Of a stretch of DNA of 64,000 nt, positions 45,901 to 59,369 are shown in pieces. The stretch lies in NCBI RefSeq assembly GCF_009914755.1, contig NC_060931.1, one strand, 5' to 3'. The stretch is from the human T2T-CHM13v2.0 reference genome, Homo sapiens. A program made the position numbers and the translations under genes. How positions within the stretch are numbered: the stretch's first letter is position 1; every line of letters begins with the position of its first letter. The notes beneath the pieces are model-generated. The model searched no databases. It saw only the letters and a program-made list of their open reading frames with translations, and had not been told where the DNA came from.

Positions 45901-47023
45901 TGAAAGAGAAATATTTTAAACATGGGTATAGAAACAAAAGCAAGATAATTCTGAACTGGAGCTATCGAGAAGCTATGGGAAGCACAGGTGGTGGAAACAA
46001 GATGTAATTGCTCATCCATACCACATACTATACAGTGGTATGGATACACATACTGTACAGTGGTATACAGAAAAGGCAGAGTTAGACACAGCTGTTGGCT
46101 TATCATTTAGAAAGGCATTGGTAATCCTGAGAACAGTGGTTTCTGCAGAACAAATATACTAGGTTGAAAAATAAATAAGAGAGAAAGTAAAACCAGAGAG
46201 GATGAACTCTTTACGGCTTGCTAACTGAGATACAAGGTAGTTGTCTGAAGGTGAGACTTCTGAGAAAGAGTAGTTTTTAGGGAAAAGAGGCATAGTAAGA
46301 AACAGTCTAAGGGTCAAGAGCAAGAAAGGGAAGTAATTGAGGACATATAAGAGAGAAGGAAAAGCTGATAAGGCCTTTATATAATGACATTATTTAATGG
46401 GGGATAATAAATTATTTCAACAGTAATAACTAAAAGATTAAGATTTAAAATACATCAAAGCTTACCATGTAGTAAGCATTATTAACAGTTGCATATAAAA
46501 TATCTTATTAATCTCTAATACAACCTTATTAGAGAGGAACTATTAATTCCAGGTTTCAGATACTGAAATATAGAGGCAGTATATAACTTAGCCAAACTTG
46601 CGTCACTCCTAAGTGGCAGTGCTGGGACTTAATCTATGTTTGCCTAATGTTATTGCTCAAGTTTAAGTACAATGTGATTTATTTAAAGCTCAAATAAAAA
46701 AATCAAAATAATCTACAATGCAAATTTCTACATTAGCATATATGATTAAAAATAAACATGTGTTAAGAAAATGTGTTCTTATCTGATACATAAGATCAAT
46801 GCTACATTTAAAGATTTGGGGGAAGTAAGCCATAACTATGAGAAGAAATTAAATAAACATAAATATAAAACTTATTTTTAACTTCCTTGATACACTCATA
46901 TATTTCTCAAGCCATCAATCCTTGTTTTCTAAATATGTATTTCCTAAATTTCTAGGAAGTATGTTCAAAAACTACTATTATTTTATAAAATGAGCTGGAA
47001 TTATTGTGTAGTCTAATATTAAA

Positions 47024-47086
47024 CTATTTAGGATTAGCAAATTCTAATTCACTACTTCAGCTATTTAGGATTAGTGAATTCTAATT
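47024..47086. repeat. Two-copy ~37-bp tandem duplication
   Basis: ctatttaggattag..aattctaatt at 47024 and 47061. Confidence 0.85.
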
Positions 47087-47099
47087 GTTTGTCCTTCTG

Positions 47100-47690
47100 T
47101 CCATCCGTCTAATAAATATTTACTAATTCTCTATTTGGTACCATGTTCTAAGCTAGGCCATTATGACACAAAGATGAATGACTCTGGTATTGCTTCTACC
47201 TTCATGCAGCTTTCAGAGCTTAGAAAAAGTAATAGAGATGTTTTGCTAGGAACTTTAACATGATAAACTTTATAATAAAAGCTTCTGTCTGGATCTTAGA
47301 GAATGCAGAGGAAGGAGTGTGAATCTCAGATTGAGCTGAAGCATATAAGGCATCTAGGAGACAACTTGTATGTAGTTCTAAGTACTAAGAAGGAAACCAC
47401 AAGGGCTACAGGGGAGGGATTTCCTGGTGGCAGGACACATGGACAAATAAATGAAAACACAAGTACACGTATGTCCCAGGACCTACAATGTCTACTGCAC
47501 AGTGTAGAAGGCTGTGCGGAGGGAGGGAGAAACAGCATTAGGAGGGGAAACTACAGAGTGATATAACAGACCATCTAGGGCCTTGAATGTCATGCAAATT
47601 TTAGACTTTATCAAATAAGCAAGAGGTCACTGAAGATTTGAAGTTCAGAAATGACAACATAATATGTATTTATTAGAAGACGTAGTTGGC
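47100..47690. mobile_element. L2 fragment
   Basis: aataaatatttactaat...ccatgttctaagc...gggccttgaatgtcatgc L2 motifs. Confidence 0.6.
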
Positions 47691-48571
47691 AGAATTTTAC
47701 TATTATTAATGGTACAAAACTTACTAAAAATTCTGAATAATACCAAATTATCCAAGAGGTAAATGTTAGCATAACACAAAAATACTCAATTCATTTCTAC
47801 AAAAGTAGAAACTAATGTTCAAAGAGGTTATAATAGAATGCATGAACTCTGATTTCTTTGGTAGATAATTTCTTACCTAAAAAATTAGAACCCTGGTCTC
47901 TGACTCCTTATGTAATTTGTTTTTCAAACACACCCAGATACCTTTTTCAAACTACAGTTACTAGGTTATGTGCTCTTTATCTCATGATACTTAAAGTCAA
48001 AAAATGTTTCATTAATCTTTTGGCTCCTTTGGGATTCCACTAATGATATGTGATGGGTCTAGAAAGGTAGGAAGGTTCCTGCAAGCCATATTGATAACTT
48101 GTAGATTCAACATAATTTCTATGGAACACCATTGAACAGGAATGAATGGGCCAATAAATTTATATATGAAAAGTTATATCTGGCTGAACTACAGACTGCA
48201 TAGGATGGGAACAGAGATAAAAGAAAACAAGTTAAGAGCCTTTTAGTGGTCCGGGAGAAAAAGACTGATGCACTTTTGAAAACAGAGTGGTATCAAGGAA
48301 TTACAGCTAAGACATATAAAAGACTAAGGATTTCAGGATTTGTTCTCATTATTTTACTTATATTAACTTATTTTAAAATACAGTAACCATATAAGGCCCA
48401 GTACTATTATTACCTTCAATTTATAAATGAGTAAATTTAGGCAGAGCAAAATTAAGTAACTTCAAGTTTGCACTGCATGGCATATAAGATTTGAATTGGG
48501 GAAATGAAGAGATTTGAGGAGAAGCATTTCGGCAATCATGCTATTTAGTAGAGCATTTTAGGTGATAGATT

Positions 48572-49134
48572 GTGTTAATTATCAAACACAGGCTAAGGTA
48601 TAACAAATCACCTCAAAATTTAGTGGCTTAAAACAACAATATTTACATTTTCTGTGGGTCAGCAATCTGGGCATGGTTTAGTTGTGTCCTCTTGCTCATG
48701 GTTTCTCACAAGCCTGCAAACAAGTTGCCATTGAAGTTATCATCTGAGGTCCTGACTAAGGAAGACTACTTCTAAGCTCACTCATGTGGTTGTTGGCAGG
48801 ATTTGGACACGGGAGGCCTGTTGGACTGGGGGCTTCAGTTCCCTCATTAGCTTCCCTTGTTACTTTCTATGTGGACCTTTGTAGAGCAATTCAGAATATG
48901 GGGGCTTGTTTATCAAAGCATGCAAGCAAGATGGCAAGAAAAACAGTGCAAGCAAGATGGGAGCAATAGTCTTTTGTAACCTAATTTTGGAATTGACAGC
49001 CCATCATTTATTTCATATTCTACTCATTAGAACCAAGTTATTAAGTCCAGCCCTCACTTAAAGAGAGGGGACTCCACAAGGGCATAAATACAAGGATATA
49101 AGGTCGATTAGGAACCACATAGAAGCTGTCTACA
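48572..49134 (-). mobile_element. MaLR solo LTR (MLT1F/G-like)
   Basis: taacaaatcacctcaaaatttagtggcttaaaacaaca...agaagctgtctaca is an antisense MLT1 signature. Confidence 0.75.
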
Positions 49135-52100
49135 ATGTAACATGAATTGATTTTATGATTGATTACATGTGAAGTATGTGGTAGAGGGCAGAATCAAAGA
49201 GTACTCCTTAAAATGATATACAATGATGGCATATTCAGTGGCTAAAATTTGAGAAAGCTTATGTCTTCACCGTGATGTAGGAAGTATATTTATTCACTGT
49301 CATCAAGGCAGCAATTATCAGGGATTTGAGCAGAGTAGACAATGAGAAAGGAAACTGAGTAATTAAACCTTGTAGGAGGAGGGTTTAGCAGGTGGATGGT
49401 CTGATTGAGTACATGGCTCTTTGAACTTTTAGTTAATATTTCCACTTGTGGGTCTTCTAATTTACATCCTGGCAAGATGCAGATAAGAAAGTGGCTGCTA
49501 TTTGGATTCATTCAGGGTAAATTTGTTTCCAGGGCTGTGGGATAAATTACAGTAATAGCAAAAGGTTTGTTGTGGTAAATCTGAACCTTGGATCATAAAA
49601 GCGGTGGATATAGGAAGGTTGATAAACACAGGCAAAGTAGAACTTTCAATGGAATCGAATTAGGATGGACTTGAAGGACAAATATATGGGAGGTACATTA
49701 GTGAGCAAGTTCTGAGATAGAATGTTTACATGTTATTGCCATGTACGATTTATGAGTTAAATAATTTTCAGGTAATTTCAGAGGGCATTTGTGGGAATGG
49801 ATGAACAACATGAAGGAGAAGTAATAATTATGGTAGATGAACTTTAAGAAAGTGAAGAAACAGAAAAACTGGGTGTGGGATCATCATCCTCACAGATGTT
49901 GAAGTCATTCAGGATCTGGCAGGACTTCTGATGACTTTTACTACATAAAGGTGGTGTCAAATGACAAGTATGCCTGTAGATGAAACATGCTAGATTGCAC
50001 TGTTAATGCAAATATATTCTTGGAGAGAAAAAACAAACATCCTTAGGTTCTTTATGATTTCTTTTATATTTCATTTTTTTACAACAAGTTTTGGGGTAAT
50101 TTGTTACACTGTAATAGAAAACTAATATGCTCATTGGCCTTTCCCATCTTATTGAACTTCTACATATATGTCTGTCTTGAATATGATTTGGTTTTGTATG
50201 TTTTTGACAGTCCCTTTATTCTGACAAGTTCTCCCTGAAGAGACAGTTAATTGGTACATTCTCCATTATTTTCCTTCACCTTACCTTTCTAGGTTATTTT
50301 CTGTTGCAAAGCCCTGATTCAAGATCCAGAAATGACTCACTTTAGAGCCAGCAGGACCCTCTCTGAATTACTGCCTCAGTTTTCTTTCCTGGCTGACAGT
50401 TCCTATCAGGTTAGATTGGACTAGTCTTTGAGTTGTTTCCAAGAAATGAGAATAATTTATTAGGATGTTAATTAAACAGCAAAGGAACACCTCCTTGTTG
50501 TAATAGTGCTTCAAGATTTTAGTTGAAAACTTAGCACTTCTGTCTTTTGAAGTATAACCTGAGGTTTTCCATTTTCTGGAAGGTCAGGTTTTTTTTCAGT
50601 GAAAATTATTTTAAGTGTTCCTTATACTGGGTACTTTCAGAAAAAATAGGAATTTGAGAAAACAGTTTGCTGTGGGAAAAATGTCTTTTTAGGTCTTCCT
50701 ATTTCCTGAACAGTCTTCAGCCTTCACAGCATCACCCTTACAAGTATGGCTAAAGCAACAAATGCAGGGCTCACTGGCATTGAGTGGTCCAGTCCATTTT
50801 TTTTTTAATATTCCTGATATATAAGAAATGAAGAAATGCTCCAGATAAAGGTTACAAAACTGTGATATATTTTCAATGCTGACATTGAACATTTATGCTT
50901 TTAAACACACACAAATAAAAACATGTAATGACTTATACTTGGAGATAACATAAGAAGCATAGATTTTGAGGCCCTTTGTCAAAATAAGGCCAAGGCCAAA
51001 AGCTCTCCTTTGATCTTTCTATGATTCTTCTGTCTTTACAAGTGAATTTTCCCTCATAAAGGCTGAAAATCAGATCCCTCTCAAGAATATGTAAACTTTA
51101 ATGTGGTGCCTTAAGATTACTCAGAGAAATGAATCTCTAATGATAGAATGTCATATGATGAGATCAATATTTGTTGGGTTTGGTCTAGTGCCTCTCTGAA
51201 ATCATTACATATGTTTACCTCACTTGCCAATTAAGGCAAGTGAGATTTTATTTTATAGAAGGTAGCTATTTCATTGAGTTGTCTTTGCATATGATGTAAT
51301 ATTAAAATATAACTTTTACAAACTACCATTATTAATGATTTTTATGGGCAAAATTATTTAGAATGTTCTTATGCAGAGATGACCAGTTTATGATAGACAT
51401 TCAAAGCCATCGAGATGTTCTCTGTCACTCTCATAGGTCGCTAATGATTATCATTTCTTTAGTTGGGGCTGTGTTTCTTGAAATCCTGGAAAAAGGATCA
51501 AGGCAAATGATCGCATTCAGCAAGATAAGTATTCTAAATAAAACTAATTCTAGTATATTAATTAAACTGTGTATGGATCCACTCACCTAGGCTTCATTTT
51601 ATACCTCAAATAATCTAAATATTTATTTGTGTAGTTTAGTAATCAAACTGCCATGATGACAACTGTAACATAAATTTGATTAAGTGGTAATATATATCTT
51701 TAGTCTAACGATGTTTATTTTAACTTATCTTAAGATGAAAACATATGATAATTGCTTTCTTAAATTTATGACTGCTTGACAAGTATGTGTTCTAATATGA
51801 AACTGCAGTGTTGAGATTTCATCTAGCTTTCCAATTCTACAGTATGGTGGCTTCAAAGCTTCAGAAAATTTCAGAGCATGTCTAGGAAAAAAATTATATG
51901 GAATGTTACCTACAAAGTCAAGATCTCTAGATTTGTATTTATCTATGTCCACCTGTCTTTGCTCTAAGAGAAACAGAAAATAGATATAGATATATTTCTA
52001 ACCATAAACTACATTTATTTCAAATGATAAAATATATTTTTATATGATAGCACTTACATAAAAGTACTACTAGTAAGCATTCATAAATGGTAGATATTAT

Positions 52101-52399
52101 GATAAATGGCTAATTGTTATTATAGTATACATTTCTTAATAACAAAAGCCATAATTCTCTAATAGTATCACTCAAAGTTCCTTTTGATTAGAAAGTCTGT
52201 AATATTTTAACATGCATATTATATTACCAAATATGCTTATGAGAAGTCAATGAAAATTATGATTTTTTCATATAAGGGTTCAAAAATTCATAAGCTAAAT
52301 GCCTTTCCTAAAATAAGGACAATCCTTGGACTTCACCATCTAATCTAATAGTGACTCATTAGAAAAAATGTAGGTAAGACCATACATAGAATGACCAGG

Positions 52400-52680
52400 A
52401 AGCAAGCAGCCTGGTATACTAAAAAAAAAAAAAAAAAAAAAAAAAATTAGGATTTGCACTCAGACATACAAATTTAATCATGTCTTTGCAACTTACTTGT
52501 TCAGGATAGCCTTCAACAACTCAATGTTCTTTATTCTCAGTTTTTGACTTTGTAAATTAAAGATCAAATACCTATACTTCATTGGTTTGCTGCAAAGATA
52601 AAATGAGCTAAGTTCTTTCAAGTATCTAGTAGTTTGCTTGGATATAGGAAACATCCATAAAATACCTGTTATTATAATTA
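52400..52680. mobile_element. MIR fragment containing an A26 run
   Basis: MIR core-like ctcagtttttgactttgtaaatt; poly(A) at 52421-52446. Confidence 0.5.
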
Positions 52681-52999
52681 CTATTATATTAAGAATCAAA
52701 TGCAATTATGTATGTTGCTTTTCACTCGGCAAAAAAGCAACAAAAAACCTCTACAAAATACAGTTCACACTTTTGTTTAATATTAAAAAAATCTATGTCT
52801 ACACAAAGATAAGTTTAATAAACTTAACTACATTTTCACATGAAGCTAAAAGTGAAATGGGTAAGCTATCAATTATTACATTTATGCCAAAAGTGAAACT
52901 TCATTTCACAACGCAGAGTACTAAACACTATACGATCACGGCGTGAAACTTCATTTCAATGAAGACAGAGCAAATTATAAATTAAGATTCTATGCCACG

Positions 53000-54400
53000 A
53001 CTGGAGTAAGATCATAGAAATGGCAGAGTTCAGAACTTCAAGAATTGATCCCTCTATTAAAGCAAAAATTAAGCTGGCAAAAACTGACAGAATCAACCTT
53101 TCTGGAACTCTGGAATCCAATCAAAAATAGAAAACAGAAGAGTGCTTAATGAAGAAAGAAGGTTCTAATGTAAAGTAAGAAAGCATTGTGATGTTCTGGT
53201 TCATTCTCCTATAATCTCCTATTCTCTAGCTTGGATACAACATCTAAATGAAGATCCACTAGGAAATATAGAACTTGAACAACACTGTAAACAGTAGACC
53301 TCGTAGATACATATAGAACACTTCACCAAACAGCAGAGTGCACATTCCTCTCAGGTGCACTTGGAAGAGTCTCTAGATAGACCATATGTTAGGCCAGAAA
53401 ACAAGTCTCGATAAATTTTAAAAGGTTGAAATCATACAAAGTGCTTTCTTTGACCACAATAGAATGAAGGTAGAAATCAATAAATTAAGGAATGAAGCTA
53501 GAAATCAATTAAGAAAAACTAGAAAATTCTCAAATATGCAAAAATTAACCAACAAAAAGAAAAACAATCCAATTAAAAAGTGGTCAAAAGACTTAGTCAC
53601 TTCACATAAGAAACATGAATGGCTGAGAAGCACCTAAAAAGATGTTCAACATCATCAGTCATTAGAAGAATGAAAATCACAATCACAATGAGATACCAAT
53701 TCACATTCACTAGGATAGTTATAATAATATTTATTTTAAAAAGGAAAATAAGTATTGGAAAGATGTAGGGAAATTGCAACCCTTATACATTGCTGGTGGG
53801 AATGTAAAATGGTTCAACTGCTATGGCAGAGGTTGACAGTTCTTCAAAAAGTTAAATATGGAATTACTATAACATCCAGCAGTTAGCTATTCCTAGGCAT
53901 ATACCCTTAAAATTGTAAACAGATACACAAATACTTGTGTATTAACATTTATAGAACCATTATTCCCAATAGCCATATATTCATTAGTAGATGAATGAAT
54001 AAACAAACTGTGGCATATAGAATAAAATGGAATTCAACTATTTAAAGAAATAAAGTACTGATACTTGCTACAAAGTAGATGAACATAGAAAATGTTATTT
54101 GAAGTGAGAGAAGCCCATGACAAAAGGCCGAATACTGTATGAATCCATTTGTATTTATCTAGAATAGGTAAATCCATACAGACAAAAACACATTGGTAGT
54201 TGTCAGAGGCTAAGCGGGGAAGGGAATGGAAAGTAATGGCTGAATGGGTATAGGATTTTATTTTGGCATGATTAAAATGTTTTAGAACTAGATAGAGGTA
54301 GTGGTGATTGTACAACATTAAAATATACTGAATTTGTCACTGAATTGTTCATTTTTAAATGGTTAATTTTATGTTGTGTGAATTTCGCCTCAATTAAAAT
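53000..54400 (+). mobile_element. Old L1MB-like element with large internal deletions
   Basis: Endonuclease-region piece (gaccatatgttaggcca) joined to ORF2 end and L1MB-type 3' end (aatggttaattttatgttgtgtgaattt). Confidence 0.75.
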
Positions 54401-56759
54401 AGCAGTCCTTTAAAAGGTATCATTACTGTCCAAATTTTGAGACATAAACAAAACCTATTCACATTTTAAAATGCTTTTACTTTTGAAACCTACATGTTTT
54501 TGTGAAAATTGTGTTTTAATGTCACATTTCATGGTAATGCCTGTTAACATCCACACTACAGTTTTTTTTTTTTTGCATTTGGAAAACAATGTTGTGCCTC
54601 ACTTTGTATAAAATAATAAACTCTACTGTAGTATTTTAAAATATGTTTAATTATTTCAGTGGTAGAAAATAAAAATCCTCAAATTTCTAAACTGTATTAT
54701 TTCCCTGAACTATTCAAAATCTTTGGTATAGTGTTAACTAGAATATTATAAACTGTACTTCTCATCTGAGTAATTATGATCTCATGTGCTTTTGGAAACT
54801 TTATCTAATTTTGGCAATAGTATCCCATTGCATATTTTAAATGCTCAATGCTAGGTAAATATGAAAAAGAAATCAATAGTTTTTTCCCTTTTTATAATAT
54901 TTACAATGTTATCCACCAGCAGGTTCTATTTCAGTCTCTCTGTTATTAAAGGAGAGAATAGACTCAATTGCAAGCAATTAGCCAATACCACCCAAACTTT
55001 ACTTTCATGTTTCATTAACAGAATTAAATATGTTGAAGGTGTGATTAAATAATGTACCAAAAAATTTCAGTTGTGTTTTGTCCTTCTTGCTATGAGACTA
55101 AAATAACAATAGGTAGTCTCCCTTTTTAAACTCATGAAGGTATCTCCACATTAGATTCCAAATCTGAGAACTTTCCTAATGGGTATTTTGAGTTACAGAG
55201 CCCAACCAACAAACTTATCTTCTACTACTTGTAGATACATATCTAAGGTCTATTTGGATGACAAAGTCAATAACAGGACATTTAAGAGTCACAGCTTTGA
55301 AAACAACATAAAGCATCATGGGCCGTGCTAGACATTTAAATGCAAGAGCCATTCTCTTCAAAGGACTATGAAGACTTGGAACAAAACATCAGTAAGAAAT
55401 ACAGAAATGTTTAATTTGCTTTAAAGAATATATTACATTTTGACATTTCATTGTTGTAAAGTGAAATATTTATTAACTACAAGGGTATAATATTTAAAGC
55501 ACATGTCTTAGAAGCAAGACACTGTATTTCTAAGTTTTTCCATGTTTGTTAGAAAGGCACATTGCTATACATGTATTTTTTAACTGGTTTGTTGCTTCAT
55601 TCAACATTATATTTTCTTGGTTATTTTTCTAGTAGAAAAGAAAATGCTTAAAGGTACAGATGGCCTCCTTTTTCTCTTCCTTTTAGTCTCTCAATGTCAA
55701 GTTATTACTAAAATTTAAAACCACCCTTTTTGTAGTCCCTATTTCAAAAACTTATTGGGGCAGCTTTTGCCTATATGCTCTTAGCTAGGTTGAAAAAAGG
55801 CCTGATGACCAGTGAGCATAAGGAGAAACAATGAAGAAATTCAAAAACATTTACTTAAAGACTATTACTAAAACATGATAACTTAAGGATGAAAATAACA
55901 GGTCAGATCACTGGAAAATGAATATCAATAGCTCTTATTTTCTCATTTTATACCAATTAACTTTTATATGGTGCTGTTGGACTCAGATACTAAACGTTAT
56001 GTATGGCTACCTAATGTTGTTTCCTTTTTCAAAGGGCAAAATCATTTACAGTTCTAATATGCTACAATGAGATAGCGATATATTCCTTTATCAGAAAATG
56101 TGTTAAATAGCTGAAGTGGGCAGTCTGAAGTAGAATAACAGGTTAACAATAATTTCCAAGAATTAACATGAAAACTTGTCTTAAAACGTAAATGTAAATT
56201 AAAAATAGTAAAATGTATATTCCCCTTTTTCTTTTCAGCAGTCATTCCTTTGTACTCTGGATGCCGAATGTTGCAATACTGTCTGCCCGCGAACCTTTCC
56301 ATTCTTACAGCAAATCACTCGTCCATAAAGACAGACTGTAGTGATTCTAATGCTTCTGTAAAATATCTACTTATTGGCACTGTCATCAGAATAAATTTAA
56401 CTTTATTTTAAATGCTGCAAAATGTAAATCTCTAATTATTTTACATTTCTGGACATGGGGTATTAGAATTATGATTGCTATATAATGTATTTTCTAAAGC
56501 ATCAGATCATTAGCAATTTGAAGAATGATTAAATAATTACCTATCAAAAGCCATGGTAAATGACAATTTTAATAGTGACACAAAGCCTTCACTAAATTAT
56601 GTTGAGGTAAATATATTTTATGTTTACAGTCTTGAAATCCCTAAGCTCAAAATTACAGTAATCTCTATTGTGTTTTGTTTCTTGTTCATTGATTATCCCT
56701 TAGCCTAGAACACAACCTTGGAATATGACATTAAAATAGTTCAGGGATATGTGTGTGTA

Positions 56760-56990
56760 GAAATATATGTATTTTTTTCCCATTGGAAATATACATATAT
56801 ATTTTTTCCGCTGAAAAAAAAATATATTTCTTTTTCCCACTGGAAATATAAATATAGATTTTCCACTGGAAATATATATATATATATAGAGAGAGAGAAA
56901 TAGATATAGATATATTTTCCACTGGAAATATATATTATACATAAAATATATATTTTTATTATATATAAATATGTAAATATAAATATATTT
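56760..56990. repeat. AT-rich minisatellite of quasi-palindromic TTTCCACTGGAAA units
   Basis: Five variants of ttcc(a/g)(c/t)tg(g)aaa separated by TA-rich spacers. Confidence 0.8.
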
Positions 56991-57955
56991 TTATGAAGAA
57001 GAAATATTTGTTCTCATAAACCTAAACCATGTGAAATAGCTCCCTTAAAATTGAATAACAAAGTTTTTTTGAAAATGCCTGAACATGGCCTTTATTTCAT
57101 ACAAACTGCAGAAATATTTAGTTCTTTAGAAGACAATACTATTCACTTTTGGTTAAAAGATGGTAAATTAAATTAAATCAAGGACAAGAAATACTTTATG
57201 CAGTCCTCTAGAAGTTAAAGCCTATGGACTTATATTAAAATGAAAACGTTTTTACTAAATGTCATTTTAAGAGGTTAACTTTTCCTTTCAATTCTCAGTT
57301 CTACACATCCAATGTCATGAGAATGGATGTATAAATGAATGGCCGATTAGATAATTTTCCAAATGGATAATCAATGAAATCTGAGCTTGTTGATTGGTGT
57401 GCAGTTGAGTGAGCATTTATAGGCTCGACTCCTGCCACAAGTGACCTATTGAAATGACCAGTAGAGGTTTTTCTAAATACAATACCATTGTTGTTTTTAT
57501 TAGAATGATTTCTATCATTTTAATACGTGTCACACTGAATAAATTTATGCACATTTATTCATGTCGAAAGGAAAAATTAATGTTGTGATGTTGACTCCTT
57601 GATGAAGTTTTTGAAGCTCTTTACAATGAACATTAATTAGTACTTTCTAATGGATCAGAAATTTAGATTTGATCCAAACCACTAATTTATTCATGTAGTT
57701 AAAATGATATATTAGAGAGCTAAAACAATATTTGTGTTTTTCACACATTTATATTTAATCATTTGATTGGAAAGAAAGGAAGAGGGAATGGCGAGGATAA
57801 TCATCTTTAGCTTCAAATCTATTTTTAATGAACTTTTACTCCCTCAAGAGTTATTTATCATTCTTCACAGGCTAAGCTTTTATTTGCCATTTTATAAAAT
57901 TAGAAGTACTCCTTTTTTTTTTAGCCAAAAATATACTGAGACATCAGTTCTATAA

Positions 57956-58283
<328 letters not shown>

Positions 58284-58460
58284 AATGATTTCTTATATTG
58301 CTTTCAATCATTAAGGTTTTTTTTTTAATGCTTTAATTTGGATTCTTTGCAACTTGTTCTTTAGGTGAAATTAAAATAGAAGAAAATCCCTTTGCTGTTT
58401 AAAGCTTCAGGCTAAAGAACCTCAGCTTATTTAGCCAGTTCATCTAAGACTCACCTTACC

Positions 58461-58559
58461 TTCTTTATGTAATTTTAAAACATACAATTATGTTGTTACT
58501 GTCTATAGTCACCTACTATGTACCCACATTTTTAAAAAATAACTTAAAACATTTAGTAA
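58461..58559. mobile_element. Tiny 5'-inverted L1MA-like insertion with 15-bp TSD
   Basis: aagactcaccttacc at 58446-58460 and 58560-58574 flanks an antisense L1MA-like piece (ctatagtcacc) fused to a sense terminus (cacctactatgtacccaca + A-rich). Confidence 0.7.
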
Positions 58560-59121
58560 AAGACTCACCTTACCACACCACACTTGTTCAAGTTCTCTCT
58601 TAATTAAAACTCTACACATAATTCACAATACATAATAGTACCAGCAGAAAAAAAGCTGTTAATACTGGGGTCTTATTTAGTGCAAATAAAATTGATGTTG
58701 GGTAGGTACAGGTGTGCAAAGGACACTGATGTGGGCTTCACATGCCTCATCTTTAAAATATGAAATAAAAGAAACATAATGCTTACAGAAAACAAGTGGT
58801 TTGGATCACAACCAAGCAACTGCATGTGAAAATATTTTATTAGTTATGAGACTATGAAAGTATCGTTTTAATGTATATATGTATATGCATATATGCCTAT
58901 CAATAAGGTATAATATTAAATGTTAAGAAAGTGTCAAACAAGTATTAGAATTGTGATGTCACATATCTTATATTTCCAAATATACCCCAAACTTTTCCAA
59001 ATTTTTATATTATAATCCTTTTAGTTGTTTATTCATTTTTCCAGTAAGAATTAATTTAGCATAATATAGAATCCTAAATAATTAGTAATGTTTAGCAATT
59101 TAAACAGATATACAAAAGCGT

Positions 59122-59369
59122 GGCCAGGCACAGTGGCTCATGCCTGTAATCCCAACACTTTGGGAGGCCAAGACTGAAGGATCACTTGAGGTCAGGAGTT
59201 CAAGACTAGCCTGGCCAACATGGTGAAACCCTATCTCTACTAAAAATACAAAAATTAGCTGGGCATCACAGCGGGTGCCTGTATTCCCAGCTATTCAGAA
59301 GGCTGAGGCAAGAGAATCACTTGAACCTGGGAGGCAGAGGTTGCAATCAGCTGAGATCACATCATTGCT
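59122..59369 (+). mobile_element. Alu (AluS/J-type), 3'-truncated
   Basis: ggccaggcacagtggctcatgcctgtaatccc...gagatcacatcattgc, no tail. Confidence 0.93.

Noticed and set aside
56760-56990. CRISPR-like palindromic repeat-spacer array
   Set aside because: Eukaryotic intron; spacers are TA low-complexity, repeats degenerate, no cas genes.
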